A DNA stretch of 24,170 nucleotides from Eledone cirrhosa (GCA_964016885.1 CAXHJY010000524.1:1-24170), one strand, 5' to 3'; positions 1-13,921 are shown, counted from the first letter of the stretch. Made by a program: numbers and translations. The notes: generated from the sequence alone by a model not told the origin.

Positions 1-386
1 ATGCTGCGTAGTTATAACTAATTCCTCTAATAGAACTTATATAGGCTCTACATCTAACACTTTTAAGACTAGGTTTAATTCTCATATCTCTAATTTCAAA
101 CATGTTAAGTTTAAGAATTCTACTTCTTTAGCACACTATATCTGGGATCTTAAGGGGGCTAATATACCATATAGCCTTAATTGGCGTTTAGTAGCACGTA
201 CTAATAACCTTTCTACACATACTAAATTTTGTAATCTCTGTATCCTCGAGACATACTCTATAATTTTCTCTAGCGAATCCTTACTTAATAGAAAGTCTGA
301 GATATTCTCTTCTTGCCCCACGCTATTTCTAATTCTTACTTTTATTATAAACCTAAAGATTCTAGTAGTATAAACTGTATCATTAG
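1..386 (+). pseudogene. Frameshifted C-terminal GIY-YIG endonuclease segment of the PLE ORF
   Basis: Frame from 11 reads [30 protein letters not shown]...LAHYIWDLK...CNLCILE...[13 protein letters not shown]. It has 1-nt deletions near 6 and ~317 relative to the copy-2 ORF. Confidence 0.85.
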
Positions 387-458
387 CTGATATATTCTTA
401 CTTATTTTTTAGTTTAGGTTCTTTTTGTTTACCACCATTATTATCATCATTATTATCA

Positions 459-642
459 ATTGGTGGATTGGCAGTATCGGTAGAGGGTCGGACGCCATGC
501 TTTCCAGCATAGTTACGTCCCTTTACGATCTGAGTTCAAATCCCGCCGAGGTTGACTTTGCCTTTCATCCTTACGGGGTCGATAAAATAAAGTAACAGTA
601 ATGCACTGGGTAATTGCTGGCCTTGTGCCTAAAGTAGAAACA
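459..642 (+). mobile_element. tRNA-derived SINE inserted in the 3' region of PLE copy 1
   Basis: Box A-like TGGCAGTATCGG and box B GAGTTCAAATCCC. Absent from the homologous site in PLE copy 2 (~11880). Flanked by ATTATTATCA (449-458, 643-652), a likely TSD. Close homolog at 20329-20503. Confidence 0.88.
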
Positions 643-2275
643 ATTATTATCATTGGTTTTAGACAACTCTTTATTCTAGCTCTCACAATATTTTGGCTAC
701 TATACCATATCTATCTTCTTACGCATTAAATTTTCACTATTAACACCTCATGAGTATATATCTGATTATATATTTTACATTATTTTATTTTATTTCATTT
801 TATTTTATTTTATTTTATTTGAATTCTTCTTTGGATAACCCCCCTCTCCCCCCCCCCCCCCCATGCGCACATAAACTTATTGTCAACCCCTCCAAATAGA
901 TTATGATTATATTTAATCCCCCCCCCCTCTTTTATGCTCCTTTCTATTATTTAATATAGTATATTGACTATGATTTTATGCTCCTTTGTATCATCATACA
1001 TTTCTTTTTTTCTGTCCCTATTAGCCTACCATAATTCTGCTTAAGTCAGTTTTTTAGATATCGTTATGTAAATGATAGTAGAAAATTTCATTCCTTTATA
1101 TATGTATTTGTAGTGAAATATTAACGTTTATAAATTTTGATTACTTAAACCATAGCTAATATTGTATCGCCTTATTAGATATTTTAAATATTTTTAATAT
1201 TAATTTATCAAATAGGGGTTTTCGAGTCATTTACCGGGGTTGTTTCCTAAGTTTTTACTTAACTGCATGTGAGACCTAAGTATATACTTTTGTTTTGTTT
1301 TTTAATTTCCGGTTGATTCTATTTTTTTATTTATTAATAGTAGTGCATTCTATTTACTGTCTGGCCCTTACTCACTCATCCACATATATGTCTGTTTACC
1401 AACCTTGTAATTATAAGTAATTATATATTATATTATGTTAATTATTTTATATTGTATTTGTTATTGTACTATCGATCCTTATTACTTACCGTTGATTATA
1501 TGTACCATTGTGATATGTTAAACTTTATATATCATGTATGATGTTTATACTTTTGTACCATCATAATTTTGGGTATTGTACAATTTATATTTTTCTCACC
1601 TACTCTGTAACTCTATATGAATTGATTTGTTAACTTGCATGCCATTATATATTATATATGTTATTATATTATTATTATAGTATTATTGTGACGCCTATAT
1701 TGTTTGTGTAAATTAACCGGAGATTATCTATTATATTATATTATATAGTATATAATTGTATAGTTTATTATATATTATATGTGCTACTTATACTTATAAT
1801 CATATCATATTATTACCTCATGTATATTAGATATACGTATTATTATTATTATTATTATTATTTTTATTCCTATCATGCTTATTTATATTTAAACTCTTAA
1901 TAAGGTTTAATTTGTGCTGTTGAAGATGGATATGTGTATTGATGTATGTGTATGTGTGCGTACGTGTGTGTACATATATACATATGTATATTGTACCTTT
2001 TAATTTTTATTGTAATTTTAATATTGTTACAAGTATATTATATTATATTATATAGTATTATATATAATTCCCACTCTATATAACCACCTTTGTTTAGCTC
2101 TAGGTTTTTTTTGCTTTGGACTATATTTGTAATATGGTTCTAAATGTTATACACCTCCTTAGTGATTTGTATTATATATTTTTATCCATAATCTTGCAAT
2201 ACTTTAGTGTATGTACACTCCATATTCTTCGGAGTTTTCGGCTTGTATTGGCCGATAATACTTCTTGTTGTTTTA

Positions 2276-2320
2276 ATTGCCCTGATGAGTCCTTAATAGG
2301 ACGAAACATTGTTGGCTAAT
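2276..2320 (+). ncRNA. Minimal type I hammerhead ribozyme of PLE copy 1 (GUU cleavage triplet)
   Basis: ATTGCC-CTGATGA-GTCCT(TAAT)AGGAC-GAAAC-ATT-GTT^GGC-T-AAT: intact core, 5-bp stem II, short stems I and III. Confidence 0.85.
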
Positions 2321-2463
2321 AAAGACTTTTGATGTATTGAAGGCTTCTTTGTTTTACTTTCATAATTCTTCGGCTCTGTTTAATTACATTGAGCTATACC
2401 TTTTACTGTCATTTCTATAATACGAAGAGGGTGTTTAACTCCAACACGCTCCAGTATTTTAAT

Positions 2464-3390
<927 letters not shown>

Positions 3391-3394
<4 letters not shown>

Positions 3395-5800
3395 CTTTGA
3401 ATAACTTTGAAATGTTTTGGCCAGTATTGGCCCAGGCCATGTCTAACTTAATAGCACCACCTGGCGAAGTCTTTCAATTCAGGATTTGGGCACCATGGCC
3501 CATTCGAGAAGAGAATTACTGTTTGCGGAGACATATCCGGGTGTGGGTGGTTTGTCCGGGATTACTTGGAGGAATTTGTCCAAAGACTTCTTGAATTTTG
3601 TGTGGTCAGTTTCTGTTTTGACGTGTCCTGGTGTGATGTTGAAGAGAGCAGGGCCGATTGAGGTGAAATAATTGTGCCGTATTGTTGTTATGAGTTGCGA
3701 TTTAGATTTTTGAATGGGACGGATAGCACGGGGCCCAAGCCTTGGGTGTATCTTGAAGGCGATGCCAACATCATTTGGGCAGTGATGATGGAACATTTTC
3801 CACATCATGCAGATAATATAACGCTCACGGCGACGTTGGAGTGAGTAAAGTTTCAGGTTTTCCAATCGACCCCAGTAGTCAAGGTCTGACATGCCATCTA
3901 TCTTTTTCGTGATTGCCCTTTGAGGAGCTTCAAGTTTCATGATACTTTGTTTCGTGTGGGGAGACCACAGTGGACAACAGTATTCAAGGTGTGGTCGGGC
4001 GAAAGTAGAGAAGAGAAGGATAATGGTGCGAGAATCTCTCGACTGGAAGGTTCTGAGGATCCAGGAACACATTCTGCGGGCCATGTCAACTTTGCTGCTT
4101 ATATGCGTGGTCCAGCTTATGTTGCTGTCCACGGTTACTCCCAAGTCTCTGATGTTGTTAGATGCCACGAGAGTTTCCCCGGAGGGAAGGGAGTACGGGA
4201 GTTTCAGAGCATCCTCTTTTCCAAAGTGGATCAGTTCGAATTTGTCTTCGTTCAGTAACATGTTGTTCTTTTCTGCCCATTGGGTAACAGCCAGTAGGTC
4301 TGACTGAAGGCTTATCCGGTCATCCACACCATTGATGACCTTTTGGAGCTTGGAATCATCAGCGAAAATTTTAATGTTGCTGTGTTTGATGATGTCAGTG
4401 ATGTCATTAATATAGATGATGAAGAGAAGTGGGCCCAACACAGTGCCTTGTGGGACTCCACTACTGACTTTGGCTGGGCTTGATTTGACTCCCTCAACTA
4501 CAACATGTTGGGTTCTGTTTGACAGGAAGCTCTTGATCCACTGCAGCAGCTTTCCAGTGACACCAATATTGGACAGCTTTCTCAGTAGAATGTTATGATC
4601 AACCCTGTCAAAGGCCTTGCTGAAATCAAGGTAGATAACATCAGTGTTGGAACCCTCTCCCAAGGCTCTCAAAATGTCATCAAAGTGATGCAGTAGTTGC
4701 GTCAGGCAATCCCTTCCATTACGGAATCCATGCTGGTTGGAGTTCAGCATATTGTTACTCTCAAGGAAGTGGGTCATTCGCGATCTCACCACTCGCTCAA
4801 ATACCTTAATGATATGAGAGGTGAGTGAGATTGGACGGTAATTTACGGCAAGGGATTTGTTTCCCTTTTTGAAAACTGGGACAACAGACTGGGATAGAAG
4901 GTTTTCTGGCACATATCCAGCATCCAGTGAGTTCCGCCACAGATTGGCAAGAGGAGAAGCAAGTTGGTGTTGACACGCCTTCAAGACACAAGCAGGGAAC
5001 CTATCGGGACCTACTGCTGAATTATGCTTGATTTCCTTTATTGCCGCCAAGACATCAGGGGCGCCAAACGTTATGTCCGATAAGGTGTAATGGGGAGTAA
5101 CATCGCCGATACAGCCCAGATCGGCCATATCAGGATTGCTGAAAACAGAGCAGTATTGTTTCTGCAGTATCTCACCCATGGTTTTAGCATTGTCTTGAAG
5201 AGTGCCATTTTCATCAATTAGAGGGCCAACAGTAGAGCCAGTGATTTTGTGTTTTTTTGCAAATGAAAAGAACACTTTGGGATTGAGTTTGATCTTCTCA
5301 ATGGCCCAGGCCTCTTCAGCTCTTCTCTGATTGTTGATGAGGGACATTATGTTGTTTTGGAGGTTATGTTTTTTAATCTCTAGTGATGAAATGGCAGTCA
5401 AGTTGATGTGTTGCTGCTGACAGTATTTCAGCTTGTTGATTTTTTTGTTCGTTCTCTTAATTTTTCTGATGAGCGTTTTTCTATTTCTAGGGATTCTGCT
5501 CTTAGATTTGTTTATAGTTCTTAATGGGGTGTGTTTAGCACATATGTTTGTAACAGTGTCCACAAATGTCTGCCAGGACTTTTTGATGTTAGTGGGTGTA
5601 TGAGTGTGCGTGAAGGACCAGTCGACATGTGCAAGATCATGACTGATCGCTTCCCAGTTTGCATTGTGGAAATCCATAGCGTCAAACGGATGGACAGGAG
5701 AGATGACATTGGGTTTGTATATTGGACGGTGGAATCTCAGATCACAGAGAACCATGTCATGATCAGAGAGTAGAGTTTTCTCCACTGCAATATTGTGGAC
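3391..5800 (-). mobile_element. 5'-truncated non-LTR retrotransposon (LINE, CR1/L2-like group) inserted in (TA)n
   Basis: RT ORF, an 88-bp 3' UTR with GGCCA/TGGCC hairpin, and a terminal (TCAAAGTTAT)x2 repeat. Both ends abut TA tracts. Confidence 0.93.
3479..5800 (-). CDS. LINE ORF2 (end of APE endonuclease plus reverse transcriptase), 5'-truncated, ~773 uninterrupted codons
   Basis: SDH motif closing the APE domain. RT motifs [51 protein letters not shown]. The first ~50 aa of the 823-aa track ORF are microsatellite. Confidence 0.93.
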   Translation of the reverse strand, partial: VHNIAVEKTLLSDHDMVLCDLRFHRPIYKPNVISPVHPFDAMDFHNANWEAISHDLAHVDWSFTHTHTPTNIKKSWQTFVDTVTNICAKHTPLRTINKSKSRIPRNRKTLIRKIKRTNKKINKLKYCQQQHINLTAISSLEIKKHNLQNNIMSLINNQRRAEEAWAIEKIKLNPKVFFSFAKKHKITGSTVGPLIDENGTLQDNAKTMGEILQKQYCSVFSNPDMADLGCIGDVTPHYTLSDITFGAPDVLAAIKEIKHNSAVGPDRFPACVLKACQHQLASPLANLWRNSLDAGYVPENLLSQSVVPVFKKGNKSLAVNYRPISLTSHIIKVFERVVRSRMTHFLESNNMLNSNQHGFRNGRDCLTQLLHHFDDILRALGEGSNTDVIYLDFSKAFDRVDHNILLRKLSNIGVTGKLLQWIKSFLSNRTQHVVVEGVKSSPAKVSSGVPQGTVLGPLLFIIYINDITDIIKHSNIKIFADDSKLQKVINGVDDRISLQSDLLAVTQWAEKNNMLLNEDKFELIHFGKEDALKLPYSLPSGETLVASNNIRDLGVTVDSNISWTTHISSKVDMARRMCSWILRTFQSRDSRTIILLFSTFARPHLEYCCPLWSPHTKQSIMKLEAPQRAITKKIDGMSDLDYWGRLENLKLYSLQRRRERYIICMMWKMFHHHCPNDVGIAFKIHPRLGPRAIRPIQKSKSQLITTIRHNYFTSIGPALFNITPGHVKTETDHTKFKKSLDKFLQVIPDKPPTPGYVSANSNSLLEWAMVPKS

Positions 5801-7517
<1,717 letters not shown>

Positions 7518-7783
7518 AACGGAAAAAATGAAACGATATTTCATTTCCCACTCTTAGTACGGCTGTTACTTAAATATAAGTATGTACACGTACATACATA
7601 TATGTATACCGACGTACAGTAGTATGTATATATATATATACATACATGCACACATATATATATGCACGTATGGATTCACCGAACATTTATTATAATGCTC
7701 GGTGTGTTTGTAAACAAACATCCCGTATTAAGCCGTAGTGTCTAGCAACCACCGTTGCTCGTTTGTTCAACACTGACAAAGGA

Positions 7784-7826
7784 ACGCTGTACTAGTTTCA
7801 AGCTTGTTAGCTATCGTCAGCAACGT
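7784..7826 (-). ncRNA. Type I hammerhead ribozyme, unit 1
   Basis: Minus strand ACGTTG-CTGACGA-T-AGCT(AACA)AGCT-T-GAAAC-TA-GTA^CAGCGT. Stem I ACGUUG/CAGCGU; palindromic stem III ACTAGT. Confidence 0.88.
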
Positions 7827-8205
7827 ATACCTTCTTGCCAGATTGTTGAACGTATATACTTACCTTATGCATATTAACGGCTGAGTAGCCCAATTTGCAT
7901 ATCGAGTGGGTTAATCGGCCGGGTGCACCGAAAACGATAAACGGAAAAAATGAAACGATATTTCATTTCCCACTCTTAGTACGGCTGTTACTTAAATATA
8001 AGTATGTACACGTACATACATATATGTATACCGACGTACAGTAGTATGTATATATATATATACATACATGCACACATATATATATGCACGTATGGATTCA
8101 CCGAACATTTATTATAATGCTCGGTGTGTTTGTAAACAAACATCCCGTATTAAGCCGTAGTGTCTAGCAACCACCGTTGCTCGTTTGTTCAACACTGACA
8201 AAGGA

Positions 8206-8248
8206 ACGCTGTACTAGTTTCAAGCTTGTTAGCTATCGTCAGCAACGT
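8206..8248 (-). ncRNA. Type I hammerhead ribozyme, unit 2
   Basis: Identical to the unit 1 motif. Confidence 0.88.
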
Positions 8249-8627
8249 ATACCTTCTTGCCAGATTGTTGAACGTATATACTTACCTTATGCATATTAAC
8301 GGCTGAGTAGCCCAATTTGCATATCGAGTGGGTTAATCGGCCGGGTGCACCGAAAACGATAAACGGAAAAAATGAAACGATATTTCATTTCCCACTCTTA
8401 GTACGGCTGTTACTTAAATATAAGTATGTACACGTACATACATATATGTATACCGACGTACAGTAGTATGTATATATATATATACATACATGCACACATA
8501 TATATATGCACGTATGGATTCACCGAACATTTATTATAATGCTCGGTGTGTTTGTAAACAAACATCCCGTATTAAGCCGTAGTGTCTAGCAACCACCGTT
8601 GCTCGTTTGTTCAACACTGACAAAGGA

Positions 8628-8670
8628 ACGCTGTACTAGTTTCAAGCTTGTTAGCTATCGTCAGCAACGT
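8628..8670 (-). ncRNA. Type I hammerhead ribozyme, unit 3
   Basis: Identical to the unit 1 motif. Confidence 0.88.
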
Positions 8671-9049
8671 ATACCTTCTTGCCAGATTGTTGAACGTATA
8701 TACTTACCTTATGCATATTAACGGCTGAGTAGCCCAATTTGCATATCGAGTGGGTTAATCTGCCGGGTGCACCGAAAACGATAAACGGAAAAAATGAAAC
8801 GATATTTCATTTCCCACTCTTAGTACGGCTGTTACTTAAATATAAGTATGTACACGTACATACATATATGTATACCGACGTACAGTAGTATGTATATATA
8901 TATATACATACATGCACACATATATATATGCACGTATGGATTCACCGAACATTTATTATAATGCTCGGTGTGTTTGTAAACAAACATCCCGTATTAAGCC
9001 GTAGTGTCTAGCAACCACCGTTGCTCGTTTGTTCAACACTGACAAAGGA

Positions 9050-9092
9050 ACGCTGTACTAGTTTCAAGCTTGTTAGCTATCGTCAGCAACGT
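9050..9092 (-). ncRNA. Type I hammerhead ribozyme, unit 4
   Basis: Identical to the unit 1 motif. Confidence 0.88.
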
Positions 9093-9476
9093 ATACCTTC
9101 TTGCCAGATTGTTGAACGTATATACTTACCTTATGCATATTAACGGCTGAGTAGCCCAATTTGCATATCGAGTGGGTTAATCGGCCGGGTGCACCGAAAA
9201 CGATAAACGGAAAAAATGAAACGATATTTCATTTCCCACTCTTAGTACGGCTGTTACTTAAATATAAGTATGTACACGTACATACATATATGTATACCGA
9301 CGTACAGTAGTATGTATATATATATATACATACATGCACACATATATATATGCACGTATGGATTAACCCACTCGATATGCAAAGGTATACGTTGCTGACG
9401 ATATGCAAATTGGGCTACTCAGCCGTTAATATGCATAAGGTAAGTATATACGTTCAACAATCTGGCAAGAAGGTAT

Positions 9477-9519
9477 ACATTGCTGACGATAGCTAACAAG
9501 CTTGAAACTAGTACAGCGT
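9477..9519 (+). ncRNA. Type I hammerhead ribozyme, inverted unit 1 (G>A change in stem I at 9479)
   Basis: ACATTG-CTGACGA-TAGCTAACAAGCTT-GAAAC-TA-GTA^CAGCGT. Confidence 0.85.
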
Positions 9520-9898
9520 TCCTTTGTCAGTGTTGAACAAACGAGCAACGGTGGTTGCTAGACACTACGGCTTAATACGGGATGTTTGTTTACAAACACA
9601 CCGAGCATTATAATAAATGTTCGGTGAATCCATACGTGCATATATATATGTGTGCATGTATGTATATATATATATACATACTACTGTACGTCGGTATACA
9701 TATATGTATGTACGTGTACATACTTATATTTAAGTAACAGCCGTACTAAGAGTGGGAAATGAAATATCGTTTCATTTTTTCCGTTTATCGTTTTCGGTGC
9801 ACCCGGCCGATTAACCCACTCGATATGCAAATTGGGCTACTCAGCCGTTAATATGCATAAGGTAAGTATATACGTTCAACAATCTGGCAAGAAGGTAT

Positions 9899-9941
9899 AC
9901 GTTGCTGACGATAGCTAACAAGCTTGAAACTAGTACAGCGT
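9899..9941 (+). ncRNA. Type I hammerhead ribozyme, inverted unit 2
   Basis: ACGTTG-CTGACGA-TAGCTAACAAGCTT-GAAAC-TA-GTA^CAGCGT. Confidence 0.88.
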
Positions 9942-10150
9942 TCCTTTGTCAGTGTTGAACAAACGAGCAACGGTGGTTGCTAGACACTACGGCTTAATAC
10001 GGGATGTTTGTTTACAAACACACCGAGCATTATAATAAATGATCGGTGAATCCATACGTGCATATATATATGTGTGCATGTATGTATATATATATATACA
10101 TACTACTGTACGTCGGTATACATATATGTATGTACGTGTACATACTTATA

Positions 10151-10151
<1 letters not shown>

Positions 10152-10247
<96 letters not shown>

Positions 10248-10303
10248 GTATATATATACACATATATATATATATATACACATATATATACATATATACA
10301 TAT

Positions 10304-10350
<47 letters not shown>

Positions 10351-10369
10351 TATATGCATATATATATAC

Positions 10370-10454
<85 letters not shown>

Positions 10455-10479
10455 CATATATATATGCATATATATATAC

Positions 10480-10514
<35 letters not shown>

Positions 10515-10539
10515 CATATATATATGCATATATATATGC

Positions 10540-10570
<31 letters not shown>

Positions 10571-10571
10571 C

Positions 10572-10604
<33 letters not shown>

Positions 10605-10689
10605 CATATATATATGCATATATATATACATATATATATACATATATATATACATATATATATACATATATATATACATATATATATAC

Positions 10690-10719
<30 letters not shown>
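10152..10719. repeat. (TA)n microsatellite with TACA/TGCA interruptions
   Basis: Directly visible. Confidence 0.98.
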
Positions 10720-10721
<2 letters not shown>

Positions 10722-10773
10722 TAAGAGAGTAAAACAAAGAATCCTTTAATACATCAAAAGTTTTTATTAGCCG
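10720..10773 (-). repeat. Inverted partial pseudo-LTR (54 bp) of PLE copy 2
   Basis: ATTAAGAGAGTAAAACAAAGAATCCTTTAATACATCAAAAGTTTTTATTAGCCG is a perfect reverse complement of 13771-13824. Confidence 0.95.
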
Positions 10774-11822
10774 TGCGCTCACGCATTGGTGTTGGTTTGG
10801 CTGGATCTTGTTCTAGTAATGTTGCTCCTACTGATCCTATCATTGGCCTTAATCCTCTTGTAGGGATTCTGGACAACAGCGGATCTACTAGAGGTAGAAA
10901 CTATAATAGGCATAATGTAATTATGGCTGATTCTATGAATGCTGCTTCAACTATTCCCGATAGTAACCCTAGTCTCGACGGTGGGACTTTTGATAGAGGT
11001 AGGGTCGATAAGAATAAAAATAAAAATAGAAGGCGATTGAATACTTATTTCAACCCGCCATATAACCAGGATGTATCAACTAATATCCCTAGGTCTTTCT
11101 TCACTATCCTGGAGAAAAATGTCCCTCCTTCTCACAAATACCATGGTATTTTTAATAAAAATGTTATTAAACTATCATTCTCTACCACCCCTAATATTAG
11201 TTCTCATTTAGCTAGCACTAATAATAGGAAGATTAGGGATGGATTCTCCTCTCTGCAGACTAATAGTCTGAATGCATCGGACAATGCTTTACCACCAGAA
11301 CAGTCCTTATCTAATAGAGGTCCTAGGTGCAATACATCACCACTCGAGCCAACCAATAACACCCGGAAGTGCAATTGTAGAGTGAGTGCTAACTGCCCTC
11401 TAAACGGTAACTGCCTTTCTAAGAACATTGTCTATGCTTGCGAGGTTATAACTAATTCCTCTAAAGGAACATATATAGGATCTACTTCAAACACTTTTAA
11501 GACTAGGTTTAACTCTCATATCTCTAACTTCAAACATATTAGGTTTAAGAATTCTACCTCTCTAGCGCATTATATCTGGGATCTTAAGGGAGCTTGTATA
11601 CCATATAGCCTTAACTGGAGTTTAGTAGCCCGATCTAACCACCTTTCTGCACATAGTAAGTTTTGTAATCTCTGTATACTTGAGACACACTCTATTATTT
11701 TCTCTAGCGTACCCTTACTGAATAGAAAGTCTGAGATATTCTCTTCTTGCCCCCATGCAATTTCTAATTCTTACTTTTATTATAAACCCAAATGTTCTAG
11801 TAGTACAAATCGTACCCATTAG
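10773..11822 (+). CDS. PLE ORF C-terminal part: linker, Cys motif and GIY-YIG endonuclease (Naiad-like), 5'-truncated, uninterrupted
   Basis: [22 protein letters not shown], CNCRxxxxCPLxGxC, IVY...YIGST, KTRFNSH, LAHYIW, CNLCILE, LLNRKSE..SCPH. The GTG start is an artefact of the truncation junction. Confidence 0.88.
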   Translation: MRSRIGVGLAGSCSSNVAPTDPIIGLNPLVGILDNSGSTRGRNYNRHNVIMADSMNAASTIPDSNPSLDGGTFDRGRVDKNKNKNRRRLNTYFNPPYNQDVSTNIPRSFFTILEKNVPPSHKYHGIFNKNVIKLSFSTTPNISSHLASTNNRKIRDGFSSLQTNSLNASDNALPPEQSLSNRGPRCNTSPLEPTNNTRKCNCRVSANCPLNGNCLSKNIVYACEVITNSSKGTYIGSTSNTFKTRFNSHISNFKHIRFKNSTSLAHYIWDLKGACIPYSLNWSLVARSNHLSAHSKFCNLCILETHSIIFSSVPLLNRKSEIFSSCPHAISNSYFYYKPKCSSSTNRTH

Positions 11823-13323
11823 CAGATATATTCCATTACTTAGTTTTTTGTTTGGGTTCTTTTGTTTGCCAACACTATTATTACCATTGGTTTTTGATGA
11901 CTCTTCATTCTAGCTCTCATAATCATTTGGCTACTGTACCATATCTATGTCTTCACTATTACACCTTGTTAGTATACATAAGATTACACACGTTATTATC
12001 TTTATATATTCTTTTATTATCATTAACTTTAATTTTTAATTTTAACATTATTTTTATTTTTATTTTTAATTCTATTTCTATTTTTATTTCTAAGTCTATT
12101 CTGATTTATCTATCGAAACCCCCCCCCCCTTCTCCCCCCCCCCATGCACGCATAAACTTATTGTCAACCCCTCTAGATTGAATATGATTATATTAACCCC
12201 CCCCCCCTCTTTTATGCTCCGTTCTATTATTTATTATAGTATATCGAATATATTTTATGCCACTTCGCACCCTCCATATATTTTGTCACTTCTGTCCCCA
12301 TTAGCCTACCTTAACTCTACTTAAGTCAGTTTTTTAGATATCGTTGCGTATATGATAGTGTAATTTTATTCCTTTTTGTAAACATTTGTAACGATACATT
12401 AAAGTTTATATACTTTAATGACTTAGACTATAGCTAATTTTATACTACCTTATCGGACGGGTTTGATATTTTTAATATTAATTTATCAGATAGGGTTTGG
12501 AGTCATTTAAAATGATCGCTTTCCTTGGTGTTTACCAAATTTCTTAATGCACGCGAGGCCTAAGTGTGTATACATTTGCTTTGTTTTGTAATTTCCGGTT
12601 GATTGTATTTATCTGTTTTATTTACTACTCACTGTCTGGCTTCGTTCACTCATCCACACATGTCTGTCTACTAACCTTGAAATTATAAGTATTTATTTAT
12701 ATATTATATGCCAATTTTTAAAATATATTACATTATGATATAGATCCTTATTACTTACCGTTTATTATATATAACATTAAGATAGTTAAACTTTATATTT
12801 TTTAATATTTTAATATTTTAATATTTTAATATTGTAATATGTAACATTATGGTATTTAGACTTTACATATCATGTTAGATGTCTATATTTTTTCTGTAAC
12901 AACATATTTTTTCTGTAACATCATAATTGTTCCCTGTACCAATATAGTTTTTTTTTAGTATTATTGTATTATATTATATGATTGATATTTCCCCATTTAT
13001 TATGTAACTCAGTATGAATCATGTTGTACATATTGTTTATGGTAATTGTTAATATAATGTTAACAATTTATCATTGTATTTCACTGTGACATCTATATTG
13101 TTTCTATAAATTAACCGGAGATTATATATATTCTACTTTATTATATTGTATTGTATTATATAATTTTGTTGTTTATTATTTATTATAAGTGTTTCTTGTA
13201 ATTATTGCCTCATGTATATTGGGTAGATGTATTAGCATTATTTTCACTATTACCATGCTTATTTTTGATATTTTTGATGTTCAAACTTCCAATAGGGCTT
13301 AATTTCTGTGTAATAGAAAATAG

Positions 13324-13326
<3 letters not shown>

Positions 13327-13396
<70 letters not shown>
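13327..13396. repeat. (TG)n microsatellite expanded inside PLE copy 2
   Basis: Pure TG run; the homologous site in copy 1 (~1930-1975) is short and interrupted. Confidence 0.95.
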
Positions 13397-13399
<3 letters not shown>

Positions 13400-13733
13400 A
13401 CATATATACATGTATATATTGTACCTTTTGATTTTTAATTTTTAATTTGGAATTTTAATGTTGGTATAGATATATTATTATTATAATGTATTATACTGTG
13501 TTATATATAATTCTTGCTCTATATAACCAAATTTGTTTAGATTTAAGTTGGTTACTTTGGACTATATTTGTAATATGGTTCTTAATGTTATCTACATCCT
13601 TAGTTATTATAATTTTATTATTTTTATCTTCATTTTTATTATCGTATATCTTTGTAAGACATTAGTGTATGTAAACTCCATATTCTTCAGAGTTTCTGGC
13701 TTGTATCTGCCGAAATTACCTCTTGTTGTTTTG

Positions 13734-13778
13734 ATTGCCCTGATGAGTCCTTAATAGGACGAAACATTGTCGGCTAAT
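13734..13778 (+). ncRNA. Minimal type I hammerhead ribozyme of PLE copy 2 (canonical GUC triplet, cleavage after 13771)
   Basis: ATTGCC-CTGATGA-GTCCT(TAAT)AGGAC-GAAAC-ATT-GTC^GGC-T-AAT. Confidence 0.9.
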
Positions 13779-13921
13779 AAAAACTTTTGATGTATTAAAG
13801 GATTCTTTGTTTTACTCTCTTAATTTTTCGGCTCTGTTTAACTGCATTGAGCTATACCTTTTACTGTCATTTCTATAATACGAAGAGGGTGTTTGACTCA
13901 AACACGCTCCAGTATTCTAAT

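Larger units (their letters stand above)
9361..10151 (+). mobile_element. Inverted arm of the 422-bp retrozyme-like array (~1.8 units, including a scrambled junction at 9361-9403)
   Basis: Reverse complement of the left-arm unit, with substitutions at 9479 and 10042. Ends CATACTTATAT into (TA)n. Confidence 0.9.

Noticed and set aside
470-546. tRNA gene
   Set aside because: A/B boxes are present but there is no cloverleaf. It is the SINE head.
3486-5773. Short ORFs overlapping or antisense to the LINE RT
   Set aside because: Shadow frames of the RT coding sequence.
10773-13700. Selenoprotein/SECIS as reported for some Naiad PLEs
   Set aside because: No in-frame TGA in the retained ORF (it ends TAG) and no SECIS that I could identify.
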